Part shown: positions 50,204 through 59,869 of the stretch, piece after piece
How positions within the stretch are numbered: position 1 is the first letter of the stretch
How the letters are laid out: the number at the start of each line of letters is the position of its first letter
Assembly (NCBI GenBank): GCA_004431415.1
Contig: QPMI01000400.1
Location: 124,001-188,000, forward strand
From: Cyanophora paradoxa CCMP329
Taxonomy: Eukaryota; Plantae; Glaucophyta
Length of the DNA: 64,000 nucleotides
Reading direction: 5' to 3'
The notes under the pieces: generated by a model
The model's database searches: none
What the model was told of the DNA's origin: nothing
What the model saw: only the letters and a program-made list of their open reading frames with translations
Translations under genes and position numbers: made by a program

Positions 50204-53200
50204 CTAGTGGCGGGGGGCGGGGTTGCCGAAGTAGGGGGCGAGGGCGCGCTGGACGGCCTCGTGGACGGCGGCGCGGAGGGCGGCGGGGAGCGCCTCGACG
50301 CGCTCGACGAGGGGCCCGAGGGCGGCCTCCTTGCCGGCGGCCGAGCCGGCCCCCGAGGGCAGCTCCGCCGCGAAGAAGGGCGCCTCCTCCCCCAGCAGCT
50401 CCCCGTCCTCCCCCTCCTCCTCCCCCTCCTCCTCCCCGAAGCGCGCGTAGGCCCCGGGGCGGCCCCCGCCCGCCTCCTTCCGCGCCCGCGCCGCCTTCAC
50501 CTGCGCCGCCGCCGCCGCTCGGGCGCGTGCGGGGGCGGCGGGCGGGCGGGCGGACCGCGGAGAAGGCGGCGAGGGCGGGGCCGGGGCGGAGGAGGAAGTA
50601 GAGGAGGGAGAAGGGGGCGAGGAGGAGCAGGACGAGGAGCGTGGTGATCGCCAGCCCGGGCGTCGAGCTCGGGTAGCTCCGCCTCGAGTCCGCTGCCGCC
50701 GCGTCGCCGAGGCGGGGCGGGCGGGGGCGCGGCGGGCGGGCGGGCGGGCGCACCGAGGCGCCAGCAGAGGAAGGGGGTGTCGATGAGGGCGCGGAGGAGG
50801 TTGAGGGGCGGCGGCACGAAGAGGGTGTCCTTGTTGAAGGCGAGGACCGTGTGCGCGAAGCGCGCCCGGTACGCCTCCTGCGAGCGCGACGCCACCGCCT
50901 CGTACGTCCCCGTGAAGATCGCTGCGGCGCGGGGCCGGCGGCGCTCAGCCTCGCGCGGCGTGGGGCGGAGGCGGCGCACCGATGAGGAGGTTGAGGAGGA
51001 GGATGACGCTGACGAGGGCCCAGAGGGCGAGGAGGAGCTGCCCGGCGACGGGCGCCGCCGCGTCGAAGGCCCCGAAGTCGACGTCGCCGAGGGCGGCGCG
51101 CAGGACGACGCCGGCGGTGCCCGAGATGGGCGTCGGCGCCCCGTCGACGACGGTCCCCGCGACGCCGTGCAGCGTCACGACGAAGCCGCAGGCGACCACC
51201 GCGAAGAGCACCGCGAAGGTCGCCACGTCTGCCGGCCCCGCGCGGTGAGCGCCGGCGGGGCGAGGCGGAGGCGGGCGCGGGGAAGGCGCGCCGGAGAACA
51301 TGCCACCGACGATCTGGACGAGGGGCCCGAGGCGCGAATGCAGCTCAAAAACCCGAACGAGGCGTACGTACAGCAGCACGCCGTCTGCCGCGCATCGGGC
51401 CGGGCGGGGAGCGGGGAGCGGGGCGGGGCGGGGCGGGGCGGACTGCAGGCGAGGATGTCGAAAGCGAGCATGGCCTGGTCGTGGTCGCCGCGGGTGGCGG
51501 CGAGGAAGCGGAGGGCGAAGGAGAGGAGGAAGGTGGCGGCGAGGGCGCAGTCGAGGAGGTTCCAGGGGGACCTGAAGTAGGCGCGGCCCTCGTCCAGGAG
51601 CTGCCCCGCCTCGTACTGCACGAAGGCGAGGAACCAGAGGAGGAGGAGGAACTCGCGGGGGCGGAGGTCGACGGTCGGGAGCATGAGGACGCGGGTGTAG
51701 ATGGCCACGAAGGCGAGGTAGAAGAGGAGCTCGAGGCAGAACTTGCCGCGCGGCGCCGCGAAGAAGCTCCCCGCCGACCCGTCGCACAGGTTCAGCGGCG
51801 TCCCGTACGGCCGCACCACCAGCGACGAGAGCGTCGCCGTCCCTGCGCCCCGGCGGCCGGCTCGGGCAGAGGGAGGGCGGAGGGGCGGGGCGGGGCGGGG
51901 CGGACAGGAGGAGCAGCCGCGGTCCCAGAGGCGGTCGACGAGGCGGCGGACGGCGTCGTGGGCGAGCAGCTTCGAGGCGTCCAGCTCCCGCGCCAGGTCG
52001 ATCGGGCACGGCGAGACCGCCGGCGCCCCCCGCCCGTCCACCCCCAGCTGCTTCGCCACCGCCGCCTGCACCTGCCCCCACCCGCCTCGGCGGCCGCCCT
52101 GGGCGGGGCGGGGCGGGGCGGGCGGGGCGGACGCGGTCGGGGTGGGCGGACTCGGCGACGCCCTCGATGATGGCGTGCGAGAGGGCGAGGCACTCGTCGG
52201 CGCACTGCTCGAGCTTCGCGGGGTCCTCCGCCCGCCCGGGGCCCGCCCCGCGCCCCGCCGCCCGCTCCGCCTTCTCGCGGAAGGCGCGGGCGAAGAGGAG
52301 GGCGGCGAGGACGCCCTCCTCCGAGCCGCCGGCGAGGGCGGCGAAGGGCGCGCGGGCGCCGAAGGGCTCCTTGGGGCGCGCCTCGCCGGCCACGAAGTAC
52401 TCGACCATGCGCTCGAGGTGGGCGCCCGAGCCGGCGGCGCGCGTCTCCCGCCCCGACGCCGGCGCCAGCGCCAGCAGCGCCGCGTCCGCCTCGCCCTCGT
52501 CGCTCGCCGCCTCGGCGCAGTCCCAGTGCCCCCGCCAGGCCGCCCACTGCACGGCGCTGAGGTTGTTCCTGTCCTTGACGTGCGGGTCGGCGGCGGCGGC
52601 GCGGAGGGCGCGGGCGACGTCTGTGCGGCCCTTGAAGCAGGCGTAGTGGAGCGCGGTCCAGCCGCCGGCGTCCTGCACGCCCGTTTCCGCCCGCGCCTCG
52701 TCCACCAGCTGCTCCACCACCCCCTCCGCCCCGGGGTACAGCGACGCCCACATCAGCGCCGTCATCCCCCGCCGGTCCTGCTGCAGAGGTCACCGGGCGG
52801 GCGGGGGGTGTCCGGCGCGGGGCGGCCCGGCGGGGCGACGTCGACGCGCCTGGGCGTTGACATCGGCGGAGCGGGAGGCGAGGAGGGCGGCGAGGCGGCG
52901 GTTGCCGTTGCGGGCGCAGTACATGAGCGCCGTGCGGCCCTCCGCGTCCCGCGCGTTCACCTCCGCCCCGGCCCCCACCAGCTCCCTGCCCGCCGTCAGC
53001 CCGCTCCCCGCGGCCGAGGCGGGGCGGGGCGGCGGACGCGGCGAGGGGCTCGAGGACGGGGTCGTCCGCCTGGGCGATCGCCATGAGGAGCGTGCGCCCC
53101 GTCTTCGCCTCCCGCGCCTCCCGCGCCCGCCGCACGCCGGCCACCGGCGCGCCCCGCGAGAGCAGCAGCGCGCAGGCGGCCGTGTCGAGGCGGGCGGCGG

Positions 53201-54534
53201 CGGCGGCGAGGGGCGGGACGGCGGAGGCCTCGGGGCGGCGGCGGCGGGGAGGCGCCGCGTTCGAGGAGGAGGCGGGCGGCCTCGAGCTCGCCGCGCTCGA
53301 GCGCGTGCACGAGGGCCGAGCGGTGGGCCCCGTCCCGGTCGTTGATGTTCCCGTTGTACGCTGCGGCGGCGATCAGGCTCGGGCGGCCACGGGGCGCGCG
53401 GGCGGGCGGGGCGCGCGCCGGCGAGGAGGGCCTCGAGGCAGCGGGCGCTGCCGGAGCCGGCGCCGAGCATGAGGCGGTCGTGCCGTCCGCGTCGGTGAGC
53501 GTCGGGTCGGCCCCCGCCTGCAGGAGGACGCCGAGGGTGGAGACGGCCCCCGCGGAGGCAGCGAGGTGCAGCGGGCTCCGCCGCTGGTTCGAGATAGCGT
53601 TCACCGCCGCCCCCGCCCCAGCAGCGCCTGCGCCGCCTCCGCCGCGTCCACGCGCGCTGCCGGCCCCGTCAGCGGCGCGGCGGCGGCAGGAGGGGGGCGG
53701 CGGGCGGGCGGCGCTCACCGGCGGCGTGGAGGGCCGACTCGCCGCTGGCGTCGCGGGCCTCCGGGTTGGCCCGCGCCGCGAGCAATGCCTTGACCGCCTC
53801 CGCGCGCCCCGCGTACGCCGCCAGCATCTGCCCCGCCCCGTCGGCCTCGGATGCGGCGCGGGGGCGGGGGGCGGGGGTGGGGGCGAGTGGCGGCGCACGA
53901 GGGGCGTCTCGCCGCTGGCGTCGGCAGCGTTGGCCATGGCGGGGGCCTGCTGGCAGCAGCGCCGCACGAGCTCCAGCATCTCGGCGTCCTCCGCCGCGTA
54001 GTGAAGGACCGTGCGCCGCGTCGCCTCGTCTGCAGGAGCCGACCGCACGTCTACGCCCCGCTCCAGCAGCTCCGCCACCTCCTCAGCGTCCCCCCGCCGC
54101 GCCGCCTCCAACAGCAGACCCGCGTTTGGCGGCGGTGAGGGCGCCCCCCGCCCCACCGGCGGCGGGCCTGGCGGCGGCGGCGGCCGGAATGAGCCCGTGG
54201 CTCCGGCGGGGGGAGGGCCTGCGGGCGGCGCCGGCTTGAAGCGCGACGCGGTCCCGCCGGATTGGAACTGCGCGCGGAGCGCCTGCACCGAAGTGGCCGA
54301 CGAGTTGAGCGAGTCGAGCTCGCCCCCGCCGACGGGCGCGTAGCCGACGTGCGCCCTCGGCGACAGCGGATCAATGTACGCCTCGCCCTGCGGTTGCATC
54401 GCTGTTCCGATCCCGAAGCTCCTCCGCGGCCCCAGGCCGAAGTCCTGCACGGGCACTCGCGTAGCCCGTTCCGGCGAGGCGTACTGTTGCGTGCCGCCGT
54501 AGCCCGACGAGGCGGACGCGTAGCTCCCCAGCAT
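50204..54534 (-). CDS. Ankyrin-repeat TRP-family cation channel
   Basis: About 12 ankyrin repeats. Pre-S1 LLAHDAVRRLVDRLW; FFAAPRGKF; YFRSPWNLLD; LGPLVQIVGGMFSDVATF; S6 VILLLNLLIAIFTGTY; TRP-box region ending VPPPLNLL. Confidence 0.85.
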
Positions 54535-54817
54535 CTTAGCCCTCAGTCTGAAATTAGTCAGCCGCTAAGCTGGTTGCGCCCTGCAAGGCTGCTAATCAGC
54601 CAGAGCGAGTGAGTGCTCCGCGGTCGCCTTGCCAGGCGCTTGATGTCGTTACCCGAGCTTTAGCTAAGCTGAAGAAACCTCGTCGTGGGGCTGGCGGATG
54701 CCAGGCGGCCGAGAGGCCGTTGCTTTCAAGAAGCCCGGGTAGGGGTTTATTTGAGCCCCAATGGTTTTCCACCTTGTGGCTCGCGTGTGCCGGTCGAGGC
54801 TCCGCTGTTGCAGCTGC

Positions 54818-55269
54818 TAGCATGATCCTGCCGTCGCGGGCCGCGCTGCCTTCGCCGTCGCGTCAACTTTCGGGGTTGAGCCAAGTCGCAGCAGATGCAG
54901 AGCGAGAAAGCACACTGCAGCGCAGTGCGCATCCATTACACGACGCCCGTTCTCTTAAGGTACGCTGCAGATCCCGACTCCATTGAGCTCCCTTCGGCAA
55001 GTCGCCGACAACCTAAGCTTCTCGGCGCGTGAGCCGCCCTGGCATGCAGCCCTGAAGGCACGTCATAAGCTCTCATGTTTGGCGCAGGGAGCTCATTCAG
55101 CCTCGCAAACTGCTCTCGAGCTCCCATATCCTGCCCGAGTCATAGACTCATAGCATGATTTTACCGTGGCAGGCCGGCGCTGCCTTCGCCGTCGCGTCAA
55201 CATTCAGGGTTGAGCCAAGCCACATCAGATGCAGAGCAAGAAAGCACACTGCAGCGCAGTGCACACCCA
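54818..55269 (+). repeat. Diverged ~118-bp direct repeat (54818-54935 and 55151-55269)
   Basis: Shared core gcgctgccttcgccgtcgcgtcaac...aaagcacactgcagcgcagtgc. Confidence 0.9.
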
Positions 55270-55889
55270 CTCCGCAGTGCGCGTCACTCCTCGTTGCCCC
55301 GATCTGAGACTGTCACATGCATGGTTCTGCTTCCGGCAAGGCCAACTTTTGGCAACGCCCAACACTGTCCAGTGACACAATGCTGTTGTGCTCGCCCCAT
55401 ATGTTGAGCTTGACTGCCTGATGTTGCTTGTAACTTGAGAGGCCCAGATCTTGTCACTTTGCAAGGTGCACACCCAGCATTGTGCCTCTTGGCCACTCAC
55501 AAGGGGGAGCAGTTATAGGATACCTCACACCTCGCAGAACAGCCCCTAATGCAAGGGGACTCTCCTGACAAGGGGCGTGCATGGCACGCCAGGACTCCGG
55601 ATCCGAGAACTGATGTGTATATGCACCGCTAGGAGTCCTGGCATGCCATGCACCGCTAGGGACGGGCCACAGTCCCTGTGCCCAGCTGCAGAGAGCAAGA
55701 AGAGAGTATCTATGCAGAGACCCACAGGACCCCTACCATGGAGAACCCCGAATCCTGGATCGACCTGCTCCCTATCAAGCCGCCCCAGATAACACAAGCA
55801 GAAGCAATAGCATGTGCAGTCGCTGTACAGGACAGTGCCCTCGTCATCCATACCATCATGGACGCCATATATCATGCTTCGCTCACCGT

Positions 55890-56012
55890 GGCACATGTAC
55901 ACCAGAGAAGAAGAAGAAGAAGAAGAGTATGTATAAGACACTCCCAAGCCAGCCAAACAGTTATTACGAAAGGCGAAGGACCCAAAGGCCCAAGGCACAT
56001 GTACACCAGAGA
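55890..56012 (-). mobile_element. 85-bp insert with a (TCT)n tail flanked by a 19-bp direct repeat; probable 5'-truncated non-LTR retroposon
   Basis: GGCACATGTACACCAGAGA at 55890-55908 and 55994-56012, with an (AGA)n run abutting the left copy. Confidence 0.5.
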
Positions 56013-56270
56013 GAGAGAGAAGAGTGACCATTCTTTTCAATTATTATAAGAATTATAAGAGAGAGAGATCACGATCAGAAGCAGAAATTATGCAGATGTC
56101 TGCAGTCTTCCCCATATAGGGTTCAACGACCAAGACTTCAGTTTTTCAATTTCCACCTGTACCATTTCCACCGCTATCCCCTTTTTATTTCTTCAGCTCT
56201 ACTAGTCATGAGGAGATCATTCGTTTTTATTCAATCCGTATACCGTAAAACACAATATTATGACAGGCAG

Positions 56271-56462
56271 ATTTATGTCGTTATAAAATCCAAGCCTTCT
56301 CTATGCGAAATATGACGTCCCAAAATTATGTCGGCATGAAATTTTCAGGCTTATATGGGACGGTAAATTTGATTGGGTACCACTGAGCGTCCCCTACTAT
56401 GACGGTCCCAAATTATGTCGTTATCTCACGTCCAAGGTGACATAATCTGGGGATGACATAAT
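56271..56462. repeat. Cluster of (A/T)TTATGTC motifs in both orientations
   Basis: Direct copies near 56272, 56325 and 56412, two of them within gac(g)gtcccaaa(a)ttatgtcg. Inverted GACATAAT copies at 56439 and 56455. Confidence 0.6.
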
Positions 56463-56546
56463 AAAGTACAGAGCCCTTGCTGTAACTCAGCAGATTACTC
56501 ATGAGTCTGCCACACAGGCTCAAGCCCAGTCTTGTGAACCTGCAAA

Positions 56547-57153
56547 TAAGCGCTCTCGTCTTTCGGGTCCCGAGTTTAATGGTTCTTCTGTTGGTATGAC
56601 TGATGCTGCTTTGATGGTTAATACCAGGGTCCAGGGTCCTGTGTGCGGTTCCGCTCACTCCCCACGCTAGTGGGTCCCTGACGGGCCTTGCTCGTTCCAT
56701 TTGGGGCCTCTGCGGCTGTGTCATACCCAGTCTTTTGCTTCATCTCTCTCTCCAGTCTTGCTGGCGTGGATGTGTCTACTGCATTTCTCTCTCTTTCAAA
56801 AGACTGGGTATGACAAAGCCGCAGAGGCCCCGAATGGGACGTGCAAGGCCCGTCAGGGACCCACTAGCGTGGGGAGTGAGTGGAAGCCACGTACAGGACC
56901 CTGGGCCACCACCCCCAGGGCGCCAGCAGAATGAAAAGGCAACCTATGTGGACACCCGACGGCGCCACAGAGGAAGAGCCTGAATCCCCGTGACGGCCCG
57001 CTCCCTGTCGGGCGGCCCGAGGGTATCAGGGTTTGCCCCGGGCAAAGGAAGGACACAAGCTCAAGTGTCACTCAGGATTACTCATTAAAAGCAGCATCGG
57101 CCATACCAACAGAAGAAAAATAAGACTTAGGATCAGAAAGACGAAAACGCTTA
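56547..57153. repeat. Diverged large inverted repeat (arms 56547-56737 and 56797-57153, 59-bp spacer), probably two copies of one element
   Basis: Inner ends TGTCATACCCAGTCTTTTG / CAAAAGACTGGGTATGACA. Shared caaggcccgtcagggacccactagcgtggggagtgag. The left arm lacks ~170 bp present in the right arm. Confidence 0.8.
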
Positions 57154-57689
57154 CTGGGCCTAGGCCTGAGGTCAGTCGAGGGAGGTATGCGGCAGCGTCC
57201 GACAGCGGCATGCGGAGCAAGCGAGGTGAGTCGAGGAAGGAAAACAGCCTCTGATGGCGGCAATGCGGAGCAAGCACACAATACTATGCCGAAGCGCAGG
57301 CAGCAGTTAGCAACGGTGATGGAAAGATCGGCTTGTTAGCGATACAATAGGCTACCGGACGACACAAAGATGCAGAAATGCAATGCGCACTGAAGGAGAG
57401 CAAGCAATGAGCAGCCACGTCTAACACCGACGAAGCGGTTAGCGGGAAAAGGCGCCAGGCGACGGAGTGACGTAGGCATGTCAGAGGGCGCATTTCAGAG
57501 GTGTTGCATCGAAGATGAAGTATACAGCCGCAACGGGCATGCGCAGAGAATGGGCACAACGGCCAGGAGAATGGGCGCGAACGCCGGCGGGACACAGAGC
57601 GCAGCCAGACGACGGGAAATAGAGCACAGAGAACACGAACCGACCGTGAGAAGTTGCGCAGAGCTGCTGGAGGGCGCGGAGGCAGATGC

Positions 57690-57960
57690 ACCCGCGTGGG
57701 GGGGTACTAGTTGAAATCCCTCTCCCCAGGCGCAATCGACAGTGAACCAGCCAGACAAGGGTAGTGGCAGCGCAAATGCCTTAAGGTCCACCATGTATGT
57801 CCCGGTCGTCCAGCGCTCATACATATACATGCAGATACGGGAAGCATCCACAGATATACCAATGCGGGCCTTTTCCTAATCCTGGCCTGGGGGAGTCCTG
57901 GTCACGAAGCACACCACCAACTGATTGAATGTCATGATTACACAAGGAAAATATCGCCTG
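57690..57960 (-). mobile_element. Possible decayed Copia-type RNase H 3' end plus polypurine tract
   Basis: Broken frame GDIFLV*..TFNQLV..F.TRT.PGQD*EKARIGI resembles the Copia GDIxLxYxxTxxQLADxFTKxLP end. GGGGAGAGGGA lies about 130 nt downstream. Needs a frameshift and stops, so the call is weak. Confidence 0.25.
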
Positions 57961-58554
57961 TCCTATATTTTCTGTTTTTTAATTGAATGAGATTTGGTTG
58001 GAAAAGAGTACAAGATATGAAAAGGGAATTGATCACTATTGTCTGTTAGTTGTAAAGGAATATTCTCATCTATTTCTAAATCAATGTCGTTTCTGTAGTC
58101 TTCTTGTAGTTGGTTTTCAATACAAATGCTGCCAGAAAAATGAGTCGTGCTTGAAGCGGATACTGCACTTGAGTCTGACTGTGTTGAAAATGTGAGCAAA
58201 GCACTACAAAGAAATTGCATATGAAAATCGAAGATGTACCATTTCCTCAAAGGCTGGTAAACGTGTCTTGAAGTCATTTATACGAATTACGATTGCTGTT
58301 AGAAGCATTTTCGTTTGAGGTTGACAAGTGAATTTAATCTCGAGAATATTCTTGCAATGTAACACAGTTGATCTGATCCAGACAGAATGAAGCACCTACG
58401 TCAGATAAATATTTGTCAAATGCAAACAAATGTATGAAACAATATTACATACTGGATTTGAGGGGAAGAGAATGCTGTTTTTCTCAAGCTGTACATCATA
58501 ATCAATGAACATTGAATCTGTAGAAAATTAATCAGATTGTTTTTGGATATGTAT

Positions 58555-58863
58555 TGTTGCGTGCAGTGTGAGGACCCGGGATGATTCGGGGAATCACTAG
58601 CCTCTCGCGAGATGGCCTATTGGTAGAACTGCCGCCTTGACACCCCTTAGTCGTTGGTTCGACTCTGGCTGGGTCCGGGTCGCAACGCGTCCATAACATG
58701 GGGGCTGCTGCGGCCCCCATGTTATGGACGCGTTGCGACCCGGACCCAGCCGGAGTCGAACCAACGACTAAGGGGTGTCAAGGCGGCAGTTCTACCAATA
58801 GGCCATCTCGCGAGAGGCTAGTGATTCCCCGAATCATCCCGGGTCCTCACACTGCACGCAACA
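58555..58863. mobile_element. 309-bp palindromic element: two inverted 144-bp LTR-like units with TGTTG...CAACA ends and a 4-bp TSD (GTAT)
   Basis: Arms pair around a single central base at 58709 with only 2 mismatches. GTAT at 58551-58554 and 58864-58867. Removing the element plus one TSD leaves a normal 58-nt intron. Confidence 0.9.
58613..58666 (+). promoter_or_regulatory. tRNA-derived Pol III internal promoter (A box + B box); mirror copy at 58752-58805 on the - strand
   Basis: A box TGGCCTATTGG at 58613-58623 and B box GGTTCGACTC(T/C) at 58656-58666, at tRNA-like spacing. T-arm intact, anticodon stem broken. Confidence 0.65.
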
Positions 58864-59674
58864 GTATTTAAAAAATAACGATCATTACCAATAAAATTAT
58901 CTGTTTCGAAAATTGTGTCTTGATCATGATGACTGACTGTTTTGACAGTAGATATTGCCCTGTTGCGCTGTTGTTGTTTTAGTAAACTAACAGATGCTCA
59001 ATCGGTTTTATTTTGCAATTACTGAAGAAATAATTTTTACACTTACATACAACATTGGCCAGAGGGCTGCTGCATGTTGATAATGCTCTTGTGCAAATTG
59101 CTTTTCAACCTGGGCGGCATCCTTTGGAATAATAACTGCATCTGCAAAAGGTAATGAGGTATGTAATTCCATTGAAAATCTTGAATCGAATTTATTTGTT
59201 TATAATCACCTTTCTTTGATGGTAGCTGCTGAGATTTACCGGGTTTGGCTTGAATATGACAGATAAAAGGATCAAATGCGCAAAGGTACACTGCATTGTC
59301 CTTTTTAACAATTTCGTTTTTTCCGTTCATAATAACAAGGGCCAGTCTGCATAAAGTAAATTAGTTTAATTAAGACTGGACATGATCCATGCAAACCAAT
59401 ACCTGTGTAACCCTTCCTTTTCAGGAACTCTTAGTCGTACAGGAACGGGTGGGATAGGTTTTCTCTGCAGCAGCTGTTGGAGAGTAGTTCTCTCAAGCCT
59501 TGCGAAAATTTTCTTGTTAGAAATAACCGCAGGTCGATTTTTGTAGTTGGTCACTAAATCACCTTCCCAAATAATCAGAACAAAAATCATTGGAAAACTA
59601 TAATACGTACTGCCATCGAAAGAAGGACCCTCCACACTATTATGGTTGATGTAGTGAAAATCCTGGTGGCGCTT

Positions 59675-59869
59675 GAATGTGTTGATGTAGTATATTCAAT
59701 GAATTCGCACACACCGAGACAATACGGCTAATGATAGAACTGAGGTGTCCGTAAAGTGTCAAGTCGAAAGATGAGCCTACTGGTTACGCCGGGTAGGGAA
59801 CCTAACAGCCATCGGACAGGGTGGAGCTAGTCAAGGAGACGTAAACTAAAGCAAGAATGTGTTGATGTA
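59675..59869. mobile_element. 165-bp insertion (59690-59854) flanked by a 15-bp target-site duplication; probable SINE or truncated LINE
   Basis: GAATGTGTTGATGTA at 59675-59689 and 59855-59869. Removal restores the frame AKQYINTF-KRHQDF of the host exon. Confidence 0.8.

Noticed and set aside
8000-54000. Introner-type mobile introns
   Set aside because: Introns share composition and CCCCG runs but no alignable family sequence, TIRs or TSDs.
1-54500. Hundreds of long overlapping Arg/Pro/Gly/Ala-rich ORFs in all six frames
   Set aside because: Stop codons are rare at ~80% GC. Real coding segments are short exons recognisable by conserved motifs.
58572-58677. Functional tRNA-Val(GAC) gene
   Set aside because: The anticodon stem (CCGCC/CCCTT) and D-stem do not pair, and the matching acceptor strand GGACCCG is displaced by 34 nt. 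It is a tRNA-derived promoter only.
59725-59775. Hammerhead ribozyme in the 165-bp insert (CTAATGA...GAAA)
   Set aside because: The core differs from CUGANGA at an essential G and I could not build convincing stems.
47217-59869. CRISPR-like arrays from short direct repeats
   Set aside because: Each repeat has only two copies, the context is eukaryotic, and no cas genes are present.
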